64,000 nt of DNA, taken from assembly GCA_034667725.1 (NCBI GenBank), contig JAXDQS010000010.1, forward strand, positions 32,001 through 96,000, given 5' to 3'. Positions 30,581 to 40,590 of this stretch are shown in pieces (position 1 is the first letter of the stretch; each line of letters begins with the position of its first letter). The notes beneath the pieces were generated by a model. It made no database searches, was not told the origin of the DNA, and saw only the letters and a program-made list of their open reading frames with translations. The DNA comes from Thermoplasmata archaeon (GTDB lineage Archaea > Thermoplasmatota > E2 > JACPAO01 > JAHFTW01). Made by a program: the position numbers and the translations under genes.

Positions 30581-33500
30581 TTGCGCTCGACGAAGACCGT
30601 CACCGGCTCGCCGCCGACGGGCACGTCGAACGCCGTGTCCGCCTCGTAGCGGACGGCGGCGCCCTCGGTGCTCGTCGCGTTGTAGTCGACGATGGCCCGG
30701 TAGGCGCCCGGCCCGAGCGAGGTGCTGGCGACTCCGGTGGCGTTGGTCACAGCCGAGGCCGAGAAGCCGTTGGGGCCGGTGAGGCGCAGCGGGACATCGG
30801 GGATGCTGCTGCCGTCCGCGTTGCGGAACGTCAGGGTCACCGGGCTGGGCACCGGCGCCAGCGGGACCAGCACCGAGCCGGCGCCGCCCGCGGGGACCTG
30901 GCCGGGCACGGTGGCGTTGCCGTAGCCCTTCAGGCTGACCTTGACGCTGACCGAGCCGGCCTGGAGGCCGCCCACGTTGAAGGTGCCGTTGGCGTCGGTG
31001 GTGACGACGCGGTCGCCGACCATGACACGGGCGCCCGCGAGGGCGCGGTCCTTGCCGGCGGTCTTGTTGTACTCGCCGTCGGCGGGGACGTCGCCCTCGA
31101 CGTAGACCGTGCCCGCGAGGCTGCCGCTCGGGACCGTGGCCTGGCCAAGGTCGCGCTGGCCGCCCTGCATGGCCTCCGCGAGGGTGAACTGGTAGCGGGT
31201 GTCGTTGCGGTCGCTCTGCCAGAGCATGCTGCCGTCGCTGCCGAGGACCGCGAGGCGCAGGTCGTGGTCCTGCGAGAACGGCGCCAGGACGCTGAAGTGG
31301 CCCTGGGCGTCGGTGACGGCGGCGTCGTGGCCGGCGCCGAAGCCGTCGCCGAAGGTGACGCGGACGCCAGCCATCGGCTTGCCGGTGTCGTCGACGACGG
31401 AGCCGCTGGCCTGCACGCCGTTGTAGTAGCGCAGCAGCACGACCTGGCGGTGCGGGCTGCCGTTCCGCAGCGGCGCGTCGGCGATGGTCTCCTCGATGGC
31501 GCGCCAGTGCGCCAGGCCGTTGCCGGCCGCGGCGCCGTCGCCGGCGAGGCCGCCGAAGGCGCGGGCGAACATGGTCTGGCCGTACCGTTCGGTCGGCTCG
31601 AAGAAGGCGCCCTGCTGGGACAGCTCAAGGCCGCCGTCGGCGGCGTAGCCGTGCCGGGGCGACATGCCCATGCGGTACAGGCGGCCCTGGTAGACCTCCC
31701 ACTCCTGGTTGCCGGCGTCGTAGAAGCGCTCGACGCCCGTGTCGACGGAGACGTTGTCCACCATGGCGTAGCGGCGGACCGTGAAGATCTGCCCGCCCGC
31801 CTGGACCTTCTGCTGGATGTAGTCGTCAGGGTTCTTGTCGCTCAGGTAGACCGGGGCGTAGAAGATGCCGCGGTCGAGCGAGGCGCCGTAGCGGCCGTTG
31901 GTGGCCGGGAACGAGCCCATGCGGTCGTCGACGCCGAGGTACAGCACCGACTTGCCGGTGGCGGCCATGACCTCGTTGTAGAGGGTGTACACCTTGTCGC
32001 CGGGGGCGGCGCCGCGCACCAGGTCCAGCTGCGCCTCGTAGCCGGGGGCGGCGTGCAGCGCGGTCAGGTTCTGGTACTTGGTCGTGAGCAGTTGCTGGAG
32101 GGCCGGCGAGTGCTGGCCGCCGTGGAGCTTGTGGTCGCCCGCGATCAGCAGGACGACGAGGTAGCCGACGGCCTCTTGCTCGGTGTCCGAGGCGAGGAAG
32201 CGGCCGGACAGCTCGTAGTGCGACTGGAAGGGGTCGGCGACGGTGGGGTGCTGGCCGATGCCGCGGGCCCAGTGGCCGTAGTCCCACCACGCCATGAAGG
32301 CGGGGCGGTCCTCGAGCGGCTTGTCGGTGTCGAGCGTGGCCAGGTGGTTCATCGCCTTGAGCCAGCCGTTGCCGTCCAGCTCGTAGGCCTGGCCGAAGGC
32401 GCCGAAGTGGTTCGGGCCCTCCTCGCCGGGGTCGCACGCGATCAGGTCGGCCTCGCACTTGAACTTCTGGCTCATGCCGGCGTCGGCCGCGATCCAGACG
32501 GTGGGGACGATCAACAGCAGGCCGACGAGGACGCTCAGGACCGTGGTCTTCCAGCCGAGCGAGCGGAAGCCGCGGGAGACCGGGTTCTGGCCGTGCATGC
32601 TGCGGAAGCGCTTCTTGACGTCGGCGCCGCCGAGCTTGGCCGTGATGCGGACCATGACGTAGCCCATCGCGAGCGCGAACAGCGGGGCCGCGTTGACGAT
32701 GAAGCGGGCCGCGGCGAACATCATGAAGAGCGCGATGATGGCCCAGGCGGTGACCAGGACGCTGCCCGGGTTGCCCTTGTAGGCGCGCTTGATCAGGTGC
32801 GCGAAGCCCCAGAAGGACGCCAGGAAGGTGAAGAAGCCCAGGTTGGCGGCCACGGTGCCGAGGTAGGGGCGCTGCGCCTCGCCGATGGTCGAGTACAGCT
32901 TGGACTGGTTGAAGTAGCCCAGGCCGGAGGTGATGGTGCGGGCCAGGTCGGGCGCCAGCAGCGTGATGGCGACGAACGAGCCGATGCCCGCCACCAGCAG
33001 CGTCGGAATCACCAGGACCGAGGGCAGGTTGCGGGTCGGCACGAGCACCAGGCCGGCCAGGGCGATGCCCGCCGCGACGTAGAGGCTCGGGATGACGGTG
33101 CTGCCCAAGTGGCCGACGTCCACGCGGTAGTAGAGGAGGTACGGCAGCACGGCGGCGATGACGGCCGTCGTGAGGTAGGCCAGCCAGGCGACGGTGGCGT
33201 CGCGGTGGCGCAAGTGGTCCACGATGAACTGCAGCACCGCGGCCAGGCCCAGGATGCCGAGGGCGTAGGGGTAGCCCTTCCAGGTCACGGCGCAGGCGGT
33301 GATGGCGAGGCCGGCGAGGGCCGCGTACACGAAGGTGTTGCGGTTCTCCGCGAAGGCGCGGCGCAATCCGGCGCCGCGCTGCGCGCCGTCGCCCCAGCGC
33401 TCGACGTAGACCTTGTGGTGGCTGGCGCGGAAGCCGCGCACCAGGAAGGCGACCGCGAGCAGGATGAAGAAGATCGAGACCGCGTCGTGGTCCGCGTAGC

Positions 33501-33990
33501 CCCAGAAGCTGCGGGTGATGTGCGGCGCCGACAGGGCCAGGAAGAAGGCGGCCCACAGGCCGGCCTTGCGGCCCCACAGGTCGCGGCCGATCATGTACAT
33601 GGGGATGGCGCAGAGCGCGCCCCAGACGGCGACCATCACGTTGAGCGCGGTGCCGACGGGGTCGGTGACGCCGAGACCCTTGAGCACGACGGCGACCAGG
33701 GCGGACAGCCAGGTCCAGAGCGGCGGGTTGTGGTTGACGGCGCCCTCGGGGTAGTTGATGGCGCTGTCGAAGTCGAGGTTGCGGCCGGTCTCCAGCACGT
33801 GGCTGGTGGTGACCCAGTGGTAGTACGGGTCGTTGCCGGTGAGCAGGTGCCGGGCGGTGGCGGCGTCGAAGCCAGCGTCGATGTTGAAGACGCTCCGGAG
33901 CAGGAACGCCAGGACCATGATGATGCCCAGCCAGACGAACGTGCGCATGGGCGAGTGATGGGCCTGGGAGGAGACTTGACCGTCCACCAT
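30577..33990 (-). CDS. aglB: Oligosaccharyltransferase AglB/STT3 with C-terminal carboxypeptidase-regulatory-like domains
   Basis: GNDPYYH, GYADHD, TIGEA and WWDYGHW motifs; beta-sandwich tail. True start may be 33948. Confidence 0.93.
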   Translation of the reverse strand: MVDGQVSSQAHHSPMRTFVWLGIIMVLAFLLRSVFNIDAGFDAATARHLLTGNDPYYHWVTTSHVLETGRNLDFDSAINYPEGAVNHNPPLWTWLSALVAVVLKGLGVTDPVGTALNVMVAVWGALCAIPMYMIGRDLWGRKAGLWAAFFLALSAPHITRSFWGYADHDAVSIFFILLAVAFLVRGFRASHHKVYVERWGDGAQRGAGLRRAFAENRNTFVYAALAGLAITACAVTWKGYPYALGILGLAAVLQFIVDHLRHRDATVAWLAYLTTAVIAAVLPYLLYYRVDVGHLGSTVIPSLYVAAGIALAGLVLVPTRNLPSVLVIPTLLVAGIGSFVAITLLAPDLARTITSGLGYFNQSKLYSTIGEAQRPYLGTVAANLGFFTFLASFWGFAHLIKRAYKGNPGSVLVTAWAIIALFMMFAAARFIVNAAPLFALAMGYVMVRITAKLGGADVKKRFRSMHGQNPVSRGFRSLGWKTTVLSVLVGLLLIVPTVWIAADAGMSQKFKCEADLIACDPGEEGPNHFGAFGQAYELDGNGWLKAMNHLATLDTDKPLEDRPAFMAWWDYGHWARGIGQHPTVADPFQSHYELSGRFLASDTEQEAVGYLVVLLIAGDHKLHGGQHSPALQQLLTTKYQNLTALHAAPGYEAQLDLVRGAAPGDKVYTLYNEVMAATGKSVLYLGVDDRMGSFPATNGRYGASLDRGIFYAPVYLSDKNPDDYIQQKVQAGGQIFTVRRYAMVDNVSVDTGVERFYDAGNQEWEVYQGRLYRMGMSPRHGYAADGGLELSQQGAFFEPTERYGQTMFARAFGGLAGDGAAAGNGLAHWRAIEETIADAPLRNGSPHRQVVLLRYYNGVQASGSVVDDTGKPMAGVRVTFGDGFGAGHDAAVTDAQGHFSVLAPFSQDHDLRLAVLGSDGSMLWQSDRNDTRYQFTLAEAMQGGQRDLGQATVPSGSLAGTVYVEGDVPADGEYNKTAGKDRALAGARVMVGDRVVTTDANGTFNVGGLQAGSVSVKVSLKGYGNATVPGQVPAGGAGSVLVPLAPVPSPVTLTFRNADGSSIPDVPLRLTGPNGFSASAVTNATGVASTSLGPGAYRAIVDYNATSTEGAAVRYEADTAFDVPVGGEPVTVFVERK

Positions 33991-34124
33991 GTGGTTTCAA
34001 CCCTTCCTTACTGGAAGCAACGCCGGCCAAGAAGGGGGTGGTAATAAGCTTTGGAAAGCCGTTGGATGAAAGTCCGGGCGGGTTCGGCGGTGGCCGAACC
34101 GGGGACGTCCGCGGCCCGCCGCCG

Positions 34125-35057
34125 CTACGCCTTGGCCTTCAGCTTGCGCTGCGGCTGCACGATGGCCTTCCCAAGCGCCGAGCAGATGAGCCCGACCGCG
34201 AAGTCGCCGGTCTGGTTGCCCGTGTCCAGGAGCGGGTTGACCTCCACGAACTCCAGGCTGGAGAGCAGGCCGGAGTCGGACAGCATCTCCATGGCGAGGT
34301 GGGACTCGCGGTAGGTGAGGCCGCCTTGGACGGTGGTGCCGGTGCCGGGGGCCCAGCGCGGGTCGACGACGTCGAGGTCGAAGCTCAGGTGGACCTGGTC
34401 CACGCCCTTGGAGACCTTCTGCAGCGCCTCCTCCATGACCTTGGCCATGCCCATCTGGTCGACGTCGCGCATGGTGTAGTAGGTGACGCGGGAGTCGGTC
34501 AGGATCTCCGCCTCGGCGCGGTCGACGCTGCGCAAGCCGATGTAGACGACGTTGCGGGGGTCGAGCTTGGGGCCGGGGGTGTCGAAGTCGGCCAGGCGGG
34601 GGTCGCCCAGCCCCAAGACGGCGGACACAGGCATCCCGTGGATGTTGCCGCTGGGGGAGGTCTCGACCGTGTTGAAGTCGGCGTGGGCGTCGAACCACAG
34701 CAGGCCGCGGCGCTTGGAGCTGCGGGCGAGGCCGGCCTGGGTGCCGATCGCGATGGAATGGTCGCCGCCCAGCACCAACGGGGACACGCCGTCCTTGACC
34801 GCCTTGTCCACCCGGTCGGCCAGGTCCTTGCAGGCGCTCAAGACCTCGTCGAGGTACTTCAGGCGGGCATCCTTGGGCTTGCGCTCCTCCGGCTCCGCGG
34901 TGTAAACGTTGCCCGCGTCCTGCACCTTGTAGCCCAGCTCCTTGACGCGGGCGTGCAGGTTGGCGGCGCGCATCGCCGACGGGCCCATGTCGACGCCGCG
35001 GCGGCCGGCTCCCAGGTCCATCGGGACGCCGATGATGCGGATGGTGTCCTGGAGCAT
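34125..35057 (-). CDS. rocF: Arginase
   Basis: GVDMGP, GGDHSIAIG, DAHADFN, SGNIHGMP, SFDLDVVDP and EVNP motifs. Confidence 0.93.
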   Translation of the reverse strand: MLQDTIRIIGVPMDLGAGRRGVDMGPSAMRAANLHARVKELGYKVQDAGNVYTAEPEERKPKDARLKYLDEVLSACKDLADRVDKAVKDGVSPLVLGGDHSIAIGTQAGLARSSKRRGLLWFDAHADFNTVETSPSGNIHGMPVSAVLGLGDPRLADFDTPGPKLDPRNVVYIGLRSVDRAEAEILTDSRVTYYTMRDVDQMGMAKVMEEALQKVSKGVDQVHLSFDLDVVDPRWAPGTGTTVQGGLTYRESHLAMEMLSDSGLLSSLEFVEVNPLLDTGNQTGDFAVGLICSALGKAIVQPQRKLKAKA

Positions 35058-35107
35058 GCAACCGCCCCAAGGGCGCCGCGTAGAAAATCTTGGCTTGTCC
35101 GGGACGC

Positions 35108-35530
35108 GTGCTTCATCTGCCCCACGACCCTGTCCGCGGCGTGGAGCGGCTGCTTGCCTCCCTCCGGGCCATCGGCCTGTTCGAGTCGGACGTGGTGCAG
35201 GAGCGGCCGTGGGGCGTCTGGGTGGACTGGTACCGCAGCGACGCCGCCACCCTGAAGTGCATGGTCGTCCGGCCCGGCGCCCGCATGAGCCTGCAGAAGC
35301 ACGCCCGCCGGCGCGAGGTGTGGCGCATCGTGGCCGGCAAGGGCGAGGACCAAGGCACGAGCCCGCCGACGCCGCTGACGCCCGGCAAGACCCATGTCGT
35401 CGAGGCCGGCGCCGTCCACCGCATCGCCAACACCGGCACGGAGCCGCTGGTCATCGTCGAGTTGCAGACCGGGCATTGCGACGAGCACGACATTGAACGG
35501 ATCGCGGACGACTACGACCGCATGAAGTGA
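35108..35530 (+). CDS. Cupin (mannose-6-phosphate isomerase type II C-terminal-like)
   Basis: ERPWG, SLQKHARRREVW, HRIAN and IVELQTG...EHDIER motifs. Confidence 0.85.
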   Translation: MLHLPHDPVRGVERLLASLRAIGLFESDVVQERPWGVWVDWYRSDAATLKCMVVRPGARMSLQKHARRREVWRIVAGKGEDQGTSPPTPLTPGKTHVVEAGAVHRIANTGTEPLVIVELQTGHCDEHDIERIADDYDRMK

Positions 35531-35553
35531 AGGGCGGCCGGAGGCCGAATCCG

Positions 35554-35970
35554 CTACTCGGCCGTGCCCGGGACCGGCTTGCGCGCCGCGAACCCGCCTT
35601 CCAGCGTGTGCCAGTGCGCCACCTGCTCCTCGCCGCGCCGCCAGCACAGGTACACGGGCGTGCCGCCCATCTGGCCGAGGAAGTCCACCAAGCCCTCGCT
35701 GAAGTCCTTGACCTCGCAGCCGACGGCCTGCACGCGCAGGGTCACCGTCGTCATGGCGTCCATCAGGTCGCCGCGCTGCCGCAGGTACTCGACCTGCTCG
35801 GCGTGGCCTTCGCAGGCCGGGTCGTCGAGCGCCGCGCCGTGGATGATGCGCAGGTCCTCCAGGTGGGCGTCGACCTCGCGCAGGGCCTCCAGCACCCGGC
35901 GGCCCTCCTCCACGATGGCGCGCACCCTTGGCAGGGCGGCGTTGGCCTCCTGGAGGGTCCACGTGCGCAT
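35554..35970 (-). CDS. DUF2203 family protein
   Basis: WTLQEANAALP...VKD...GLVDF...YLCWRRGE...HWH..EGGFAARKP. Confidence 0.85.
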   Translation of the reverse strand: MRTWTLQEANAALPRVRAIVEEGRRVLEALREVDAHLEDLRIIHGAALDDPACEGHAEQVEYLRQRGDLMDAMTTVTLRVQAVGCEVKDFSEGLVDFLGQMGGTPVYLCWRRGEEQVAHWHTLEGGFAARKPVPGTAE

Positions 35971-36061
35971 CGGAGGGCCAGGGGGCGGCCGCCCTCTTGG
36001 GACTTTTGGTCGAGCGAGACATGGATTCTCCCGCGCCCACGACGGATTGAAATCACGAAGA

Positions 36062-36361
36062 ATGCGTTGGCATGCCGTGGAGTTGACGAACGAGCAGGTC
36101 GTGGCAACGCTCGTTGCAATCATTCTGGGGTTGTTCGGCGTCCTCGCGTTCGTGGCAAGGAAAATCTGGAATGCGCTGGATGACCGGCATCAGGCCCTGC
36201 TCGTTTCGGTGCAGCAGTTGCAGCAAGCAGAACGGGACCTCAGCACCCGGCTCGCTGCCGCCGAGCATCGCCTGACCGACTTGCAGCCAGTGAAAGACCT
36301 CATGACCCAAGCCGCAACCGAGAAACTGAAGAAGCTCTTCGGACCCAGCAAGGGTGCTTGA
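36062..36361 (+). CDS. Small TM + coiled-coil protein
   Basis: One TM then heptad-rich helix; lower-GC codons. Start 36062 or GTG 36077. Confidence 0.55.
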   Translation: MRWHAVELTNEQVVATLVAIILGLFGVLAFVARKIWNALDDRHQALLVSVQQLQQAERDLSTRLAAAEHRLTDLQPVKDLMTQAATEKLKKLFGPSKGA

Positions 36362-36363
36362 CC

Positions 36364-36576
36364 ATGGTCTTGAACGGACAGGAAGAGCGTGCCTTGCAGG
36401 AGCTTCTGTGGCAGGCCCGCTCCAATGCCTTGACGCCGGCCGAGGAGCGGCGCTTGCGGCAGCTCATCGCGAAGCAAAACCCCGCCGCCAAGGATTTCCC
36501 CCTGGCTGAGCTGGTGGCCGCAGGCTTGGTCGTCCTTGGGGCGATCTTGGTCTTGCATGCGCTGACGCGCGACTAG
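36364..36576 (+). CDS. Small hypothetical protein with C-terminal TM
   Basis: Coupled to the upstream ORF; hydrophobic C-terminus. Confidence 0.55.
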   Translation: MVLNGQEERALQELLWQARSNALTPAEERRLRQLIAKQNPAAKDFPLAELVAAGLVVLGAILVLHALTRD

Positions 36577-36589
36577 TCCTGTCGCCACT

Positions 36590-36723
36590 CCATTGACGCG
36601 TCATGATGGCCAGGACACCTCGGTCATTGGCGCGTGACGATCGTCAAGATGCCGCTTCCAGGGGCTCCGCCCCTTGGAACCCCGACTGACTCCGGCTACT
36701 GCCGCGTGACGATCGTCAAGATG
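36590..36723 (-). repeat. Three copies of the DRG-GTPase 3' end
   Basis: 21-bp identity at 36631-36651 and 36703-36723; minus-strand translations ILTIVTRQ*, ILTIVTRQ* and VLAIMTRQW. Confidence 0.75.
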
Positions 36724-37814
36724 TCCTTGTCCTTCAGCTTGTGGTCGACGCCGACGGTCTGCCCCGGGAACTTGGCGCTCGTGCCCCACACCATGGCGTA
36801 GCGGAACTTCTTGCGGAACTCGCGGTGCAGCATGTCGCACACGGTGCCGACGTCGGTGTCCTGCTTGACGATGAGCGGCTCCTCCAGGTCGGCCTCCTTG
36901 CCGCGCGGCTTGAGGTAGACGCTGATGAAGTGCAGCGAGTCGTAGATGAAGTCCTTCGCGCGGTCGACGCCCCAGCCCTTCGCGGCCGCCATCGGGATCG
37001 ACTCGAAGCCCTGCTCCTTGAGCCAGCCCGCGACCTCGTTGTACTTCTGCTCGCCGGCGAGGTCCACCTTGTTGACGAGGCAGACGGCCGGGATGTAGAC
37101 GCGGTTGCCCGCCATGTGGTCCACCAGGTCGTCGGCGGTGATGTCCTCGCGGATGACGACGTCGGCGTTGCGGACCTTGAACTGCTCGATCATCTCCGCC
37201 ATCTCCTCGACGGTGAGGTGGGTCTGCTTCTTGGTGACCTGGATGTTGATGCCGCCGCGGTCGGTGTAGTAGACGGCGATGTCCTTGGGCCGGCGGTTGA
37301 TGCGGATGGCCGACTGCTCCAGCTCGCGGATGATGATGGGCAGGTGGTCGTACGCCTTGGCGCAGTCCAGCGTCACCAGGATCATGTCCGAGTTGCGGGC
37401 CGCCGCGATGACCTCCTTGCCGCGGCCCTTGTTCAGGTGGGCGCCCGCGATGATGCCGGGCATGTCGAGCACCTGGATGTCCGCCGAGCGGTGGTGCAGC
37501 ATGCCGGGGATGACGGTCAGGGTCGTGAACTCGTAGGCCGCCATGGCCGACGTCTCCTGGCCGGTGAGCGCGTTCAAGATGGTCGACTTGCCGACCGATG
37601 GCAGGCCCACCAGGCCCACGGTGGCGTTGCCGGACTTCTTGACGGCGAACGAGACGCCGCCGCCCCCGCCCATCGAGGCCTGCTTCTCTTGCTGCGCCTT
37701 GAGGGCCGCGATCTTGGCCTTGAGCTTCCCGATATGGAACTCGGTGGCCTTGTTCTTCTGGGTCTTGAAGATCTCGGCCTCGATCTCCTTGATCTGGTCG
37801 GCGATCGTCCCCAC
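36696..37814 (-). CDS. DRG-family (OBG class) GTPase with TGS domain
   Basis: NKATEFHIGKLKAK, GLPSVGKST, YEFTTLT, LDMPGII, NKVD and FRYAMVWG motifs; TTATA box about 27 nt upstream. Confidence 0.95.
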   Translation of the reverse strand: MGTIADQIKEIEAEIFKTQKNKATEFHIGKLKAKIAALKAQQEKQASMGGGGGVSFAVKKSGNATVGLVGLPSVGKSTILNALTGQETSAMAAYEFTTLTVIPGMLHHRSADIQVLDMPGIIAGAHLNKGRGKEVIAAARNSDMILVTLDCAKAYDHLPIIIRELEQSAIRINRRPKDIAVYYTDRGGINIQVTKKQTHLTVEEMAEMIEQFKVRNADVVIREDITADDLVDHMAGNRVYIPAVCLVNKVDLAGEQKYNEVAGWLKEQGFESIPMAAAKGWGVDRAKDFIYDSLHFISVYLKPRGKEADLEEPLIVKQDTDVGTVCDMLHREFRKKFRYAMVWGTSAKFPGQTVGVDHKLKDKDILTIVTRQ

Positions 37815-38010
37815 GGCAAAGCCGCCGACAGAAGGGGCGTATAAGAGGGAGCCGGGCGGGGGGGGGCACCGTAGCCTCCCTGGAGCCGCGCCTTAACGGT
37901 GCGTGGCGGGCCAGAAGGGGTGTGTAGGCGGCCAAAAGGTGGCCAAAAGTGTGCGTGGCGGCCGGTCGGGCGGCCAAAAATGGAGGGAGAGGAGAAGGTG
38001 TGTGCGGGAG

Positions 38011-38640
38011 CTATTCGCTTTGGCTGTCGCATCTGCTTGCGATGGCGGCGGGGGCGGGGCCGTAGTAGCTGAACGCGAGGGTGGCGCGCACTTCCTGGGC
38101 GTAGGCCAGTCCCAGGCTGTCCAGGTGCAGGTGGAAGCGGGTGGTGCCGTTGAGGCCGTCAAAGGACTGGTTCAGGGGCGAGGGGGCGGCCTGCCAAGCC
38201 TCGCCGCTGCCCTCGGAGGCGATAGTTAGGTTCAGGCGCTCGGCAAGCGGCGATTGCGGCGCCCAGGCCGCCTGAAAGGTGCCGTTTAGCATGGTGGCCG
38301 GGCTGCCTTGGGGCCACCACACCACGACGCAAGCCGTCCCCGCGCTGCTCAAGCCTTCCCGCGACAGGGATGGCGCGGAGACTGTCAGGTTGAAGGTGCG
38401 GTTGAAGGACTCCAGGCGCGGCGGAGCGGGCTCCACGACGGGGGCCGGCTCCGGCTCGGGCGGCGGCGGGGCGGCGGCAGGCACCTGGACCGTCGTGGTG
38501 GAGTAGTGGTGATGCTCCGTCTGGGTCTGGGTCTGCGTCATGGTGTGCGTGTGGTCGGGAATTGTCCGACCGGCACAACCCGCCAAGGCAGAGGCGGCGA
38601 GGACGGCGGCGAGGACGACAAGGGTAGGAAGGCGGGGCAT
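38011..38640 (-). CDS. Putative lipoprotein
   Basis: Lipobox ALAGC; Thr/His/Pro-rich linker; beta-rich C-terminal domain. Confidence 0.72.
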   Translation of the reverse strand: MPRLPTLVVLAAVLAASALAGCAGRTIPDHTHTMTQTQTQTEHHHYSTTTVQVPAAAPPPPEPEPAPVVEPAPPRLESFNRTFNLTVSAPSLSREGLSSAGTACVVVWWPQGSPATMLNGTFQAAWAPQSPLAERLNLTIASEGSGEAWQAAPSPLNQSFDGLNGTTRFHLHLDSLGLAYAQEVRATLAFSYYGPAPAAIASRCDSQSE

Positions 38641-38687
38641 GGGGTTTCCTTGCGCGCATGAGGCGCAAGACCGCCGAGAAGGGACCT

Positions 38688-38717
38688 CTACTTACGAACC
38701 GTTTGCGCCTAGTTTGT
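38688..38717 (-). promoter_or_regulatory. 30-bp island promoter/operator motif, copy 1
   Basis: CTACTTACGAACCGTTTGCGCCTAGTTTGT (+ strand), upstream of the 38640 gene. Confidence 0.7.
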
Positions 38718-38723
38718 TGGTCG

Positions 38724-39209
38724 CTAGAAGCCGCAGCCTGCCGGGCTCGGCGCGGGGTCGGGCCAGTTCGGGTCATGCTCCCAATCCAGCTTGAGCGTGA
38801 AGGGAAGCTCCAGGACGGGGCTTCCGGTGTCTTGGATGAACACTTGCCAACCGATAGGTTCCGTCTGGTTCCATTCAAGGCGCAGCGGCGACGGGCCTTC
38901 GACTTCCTCCAGAACCTCAGTGTAGTTGCGCAGAAGCCCGAGGCGAAGGGTTTCCCCCAAGCCGGGCCGGGCATCCCAGGTAGCGACCGCAACCAAGTGC
39001 CGGATGCCCAGGGCGTTGAGGGTCACACAGTTGGGGCCCGTCGAAGTGCCTTGCGTCGTGTCCGTGAATGTTCCGTTCTGCCAGTAGGCGCCATGCTGTA
39101 GTTGCGGCTCGGCAGGCGGCTCCGTCGTGCTTGGGCTCAACGTGTCGGCGGGTGCGCCGCAACCGGCCAATGCGAGAAGGACGACGGCGAGAGTGGCGGC
39201 GGGCATCAT
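38724..39209 (-). CDS. Putative lipoprotein (similar to 38011-38640)
   Basis: Lipobox ALAGC; CV...A.W....L.E.L.L...PSPL pattern shared with the neighbour. Confidence 0.72.
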   Translation of the reverse strand: MMPAATLAVVLLALAGCGAPADTLSPSTTEPPAEPQLQHGAYWQNGTFTDTTQGTSTGPNCVTLNALGIRHLVAVATWDARPGLGETLRLGLLRNYTEVLEEVEGPSPLRLEWNQTEPIGWQVFIQDTGSPVLELPFTLKLDWEHDPNWPDPAPSPAGCGF

Positions 39210-39258
39210 GGTCGGCGCTCCAGGTTGGAAGGAGAGGAAAAGGGTTGGCGCTTGGCGT

Positions 39259-39942
39259 CTAAGCGAAGTGCATGACGATGCTGATGAGCTTGCCTTGGCC
39301 GTAGGGGTCGGCGCACTCGACCACCACATCGCCATCCTTGGCATCGGCGTCGGCGCCGCAGCGGCCCTCGCCGTCGCCGGGCAGGCCCAGTTCTTCGCAG
39401 TGGCCGGCGTTGGTTCCCGCGGCTCCGACGCTACTGCACCACACAACCTCATTGTCGGGGCGACCGTCGGCGTTCTCGTCCTTGGTGTTGGTGCCGCAGG
39501 TCATCGTGCCCTTGACACTGCCAGGGACGTTTTCGTCCACGGTGATGTCCCAGTTGCCGCCGTCCTCGACGCAGGCGTCCTCGGCCATGACCCTGCATCC
39601 GGTCAGGGTGCAAAAGCCGTTCACGGCGCCGCTGATGCCGCAGACGCTTCCAGTTGCGACCGGCGGTGTGCTGGCTTCGGCGGAAGGCTCCGGGCCGGAG
39701 AGCGCGGTCAAGCGGAAGTCGTCGAGGATGCGCTCGACTTGGCCGGGCAGCGACAGGGCGACGGCCGTGAGTTCTCCGTTCAGAGACACTTCTTGGCCGC
39801 TCACAAAGATGATGGGCGTGCAGGCGACCTGGGGCACGGGCACACTCTGGGCAGGCATGGCGGCGAAGGTCGCTGCCAGCAGCACGGCGGCACAGGTCAA
39901 GGCGGTCAAGTGCGGGCGTTGGGGGGATGGGGGTAGGTCCAT
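39259..39942 (-). CDS. Secreted Cys-rich hypothetical protein
   Basis: Signal-like segment then about 10 Cys; alternative start at 40038. Confidence 0.65.
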   Translation of the reverse strand: MDLPPSPQRPHLTALTCAAVLLAATFAAMPAQSVPVPQVACTPIIFVSGQEVSLNGELTAVALSLPGQVERILDDFRLTALSGPEPSAEASTPPVATGSVCGISGAVNGFCTLTGCRVMAEDACVEDGGNWDITVDENVPGSVKGTMTCGTNTKDENADGRPDNEVVWCSSVGAAGTNAGHCEELGLPGDGEGRCGADADAKDGDVVVECADPYGQGKLISIVMHFA

Positions 39943-40063
39943 GGTCTTGCTTCCTGGGTGCGCATGGACCGCCACAAGGACCGACAACCGAGTGTTGGTG
40001 AACACGGGGGAGAGAGGCAAAGGGGCGTGGCGGCCCATGCGCAACGGCAAGAAGCGCAGGCGC

Positions 40064-40093
40064 CTACTTACGAACCGTTTGCGTCGGGTTTGT
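40064..40093 (-). promoter_or_regulatory. 30-bp island promoter/operator motif, copy 2
   Basis: CTACTTACGAACCGTTTGCGTCGGGTTTGT; first 20 nt identical to copy 1. Confidence 0.7.
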
Positions 40094-40098
40094 AGGGT

Positions 40099-40590
40099 TC
40101 AAATCCGCTCCCGCATGAAGGCCTCAACCGTCAGCACCCGCACCAAATCCTGGCCCGGAGGCCCGATTGGTTGAGTCATGCGCACCAAGGACTCGGCCCG
40201 ATAGACGATATGATGCGCTTCGTTCCAAACGTGCTGCTCAGGCAGGCATTTCGTTGGGTCGTAGATGCAGGCGATGATATCCTCAAGAGCTTCGCAAAGA
40301 CCTTGGAATTGCCAGCCGAGCGGCGAAGCCATGTCCACTGCGGCGTAGGGGATTCCGATGAACTCCTTGACCCCGTAATAGGGAGTATCATCATGCTCCT
40401 GCACCGGCAGGAGTGGGAAAACGCCTCCTGGGCTGTCAGGCAATGGGGTGAAGGCGGGTGCGTAGCGGCCCCCCATCGAGAACGCGCAAACGGGCTGCAT
40501 GGGGTCCGGTTCGGCTTGGACTGGAACGGTGGCAGCCAGCAGGGCGGCGAGGGCGATTGCAAGTAGGGCTTTCTGCATAGGTTCACTCAC
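40099..40590 (-). CDS. Secreted hypothetical protein
   Basis: Signal peptide MQKALLAIALAALLAATVPVQA; overlaps the upstream stop. Confidence 0.65.
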   Translation of the reverse strand: MSEPMQKALLAIALAALLAATVPVQAEPDPMQPVCAFSMGGRYAPAFTPLPDSPGGVFPLLPVQEHDDTPYYGVKEFIGIPYAAVDMASPLGWQFQGLCEALEDIIACIYDPTKCLPEQHVWNEAHHIVYRAESLVRMTQPIGPPGQDLVRVLTVEAFMRERI

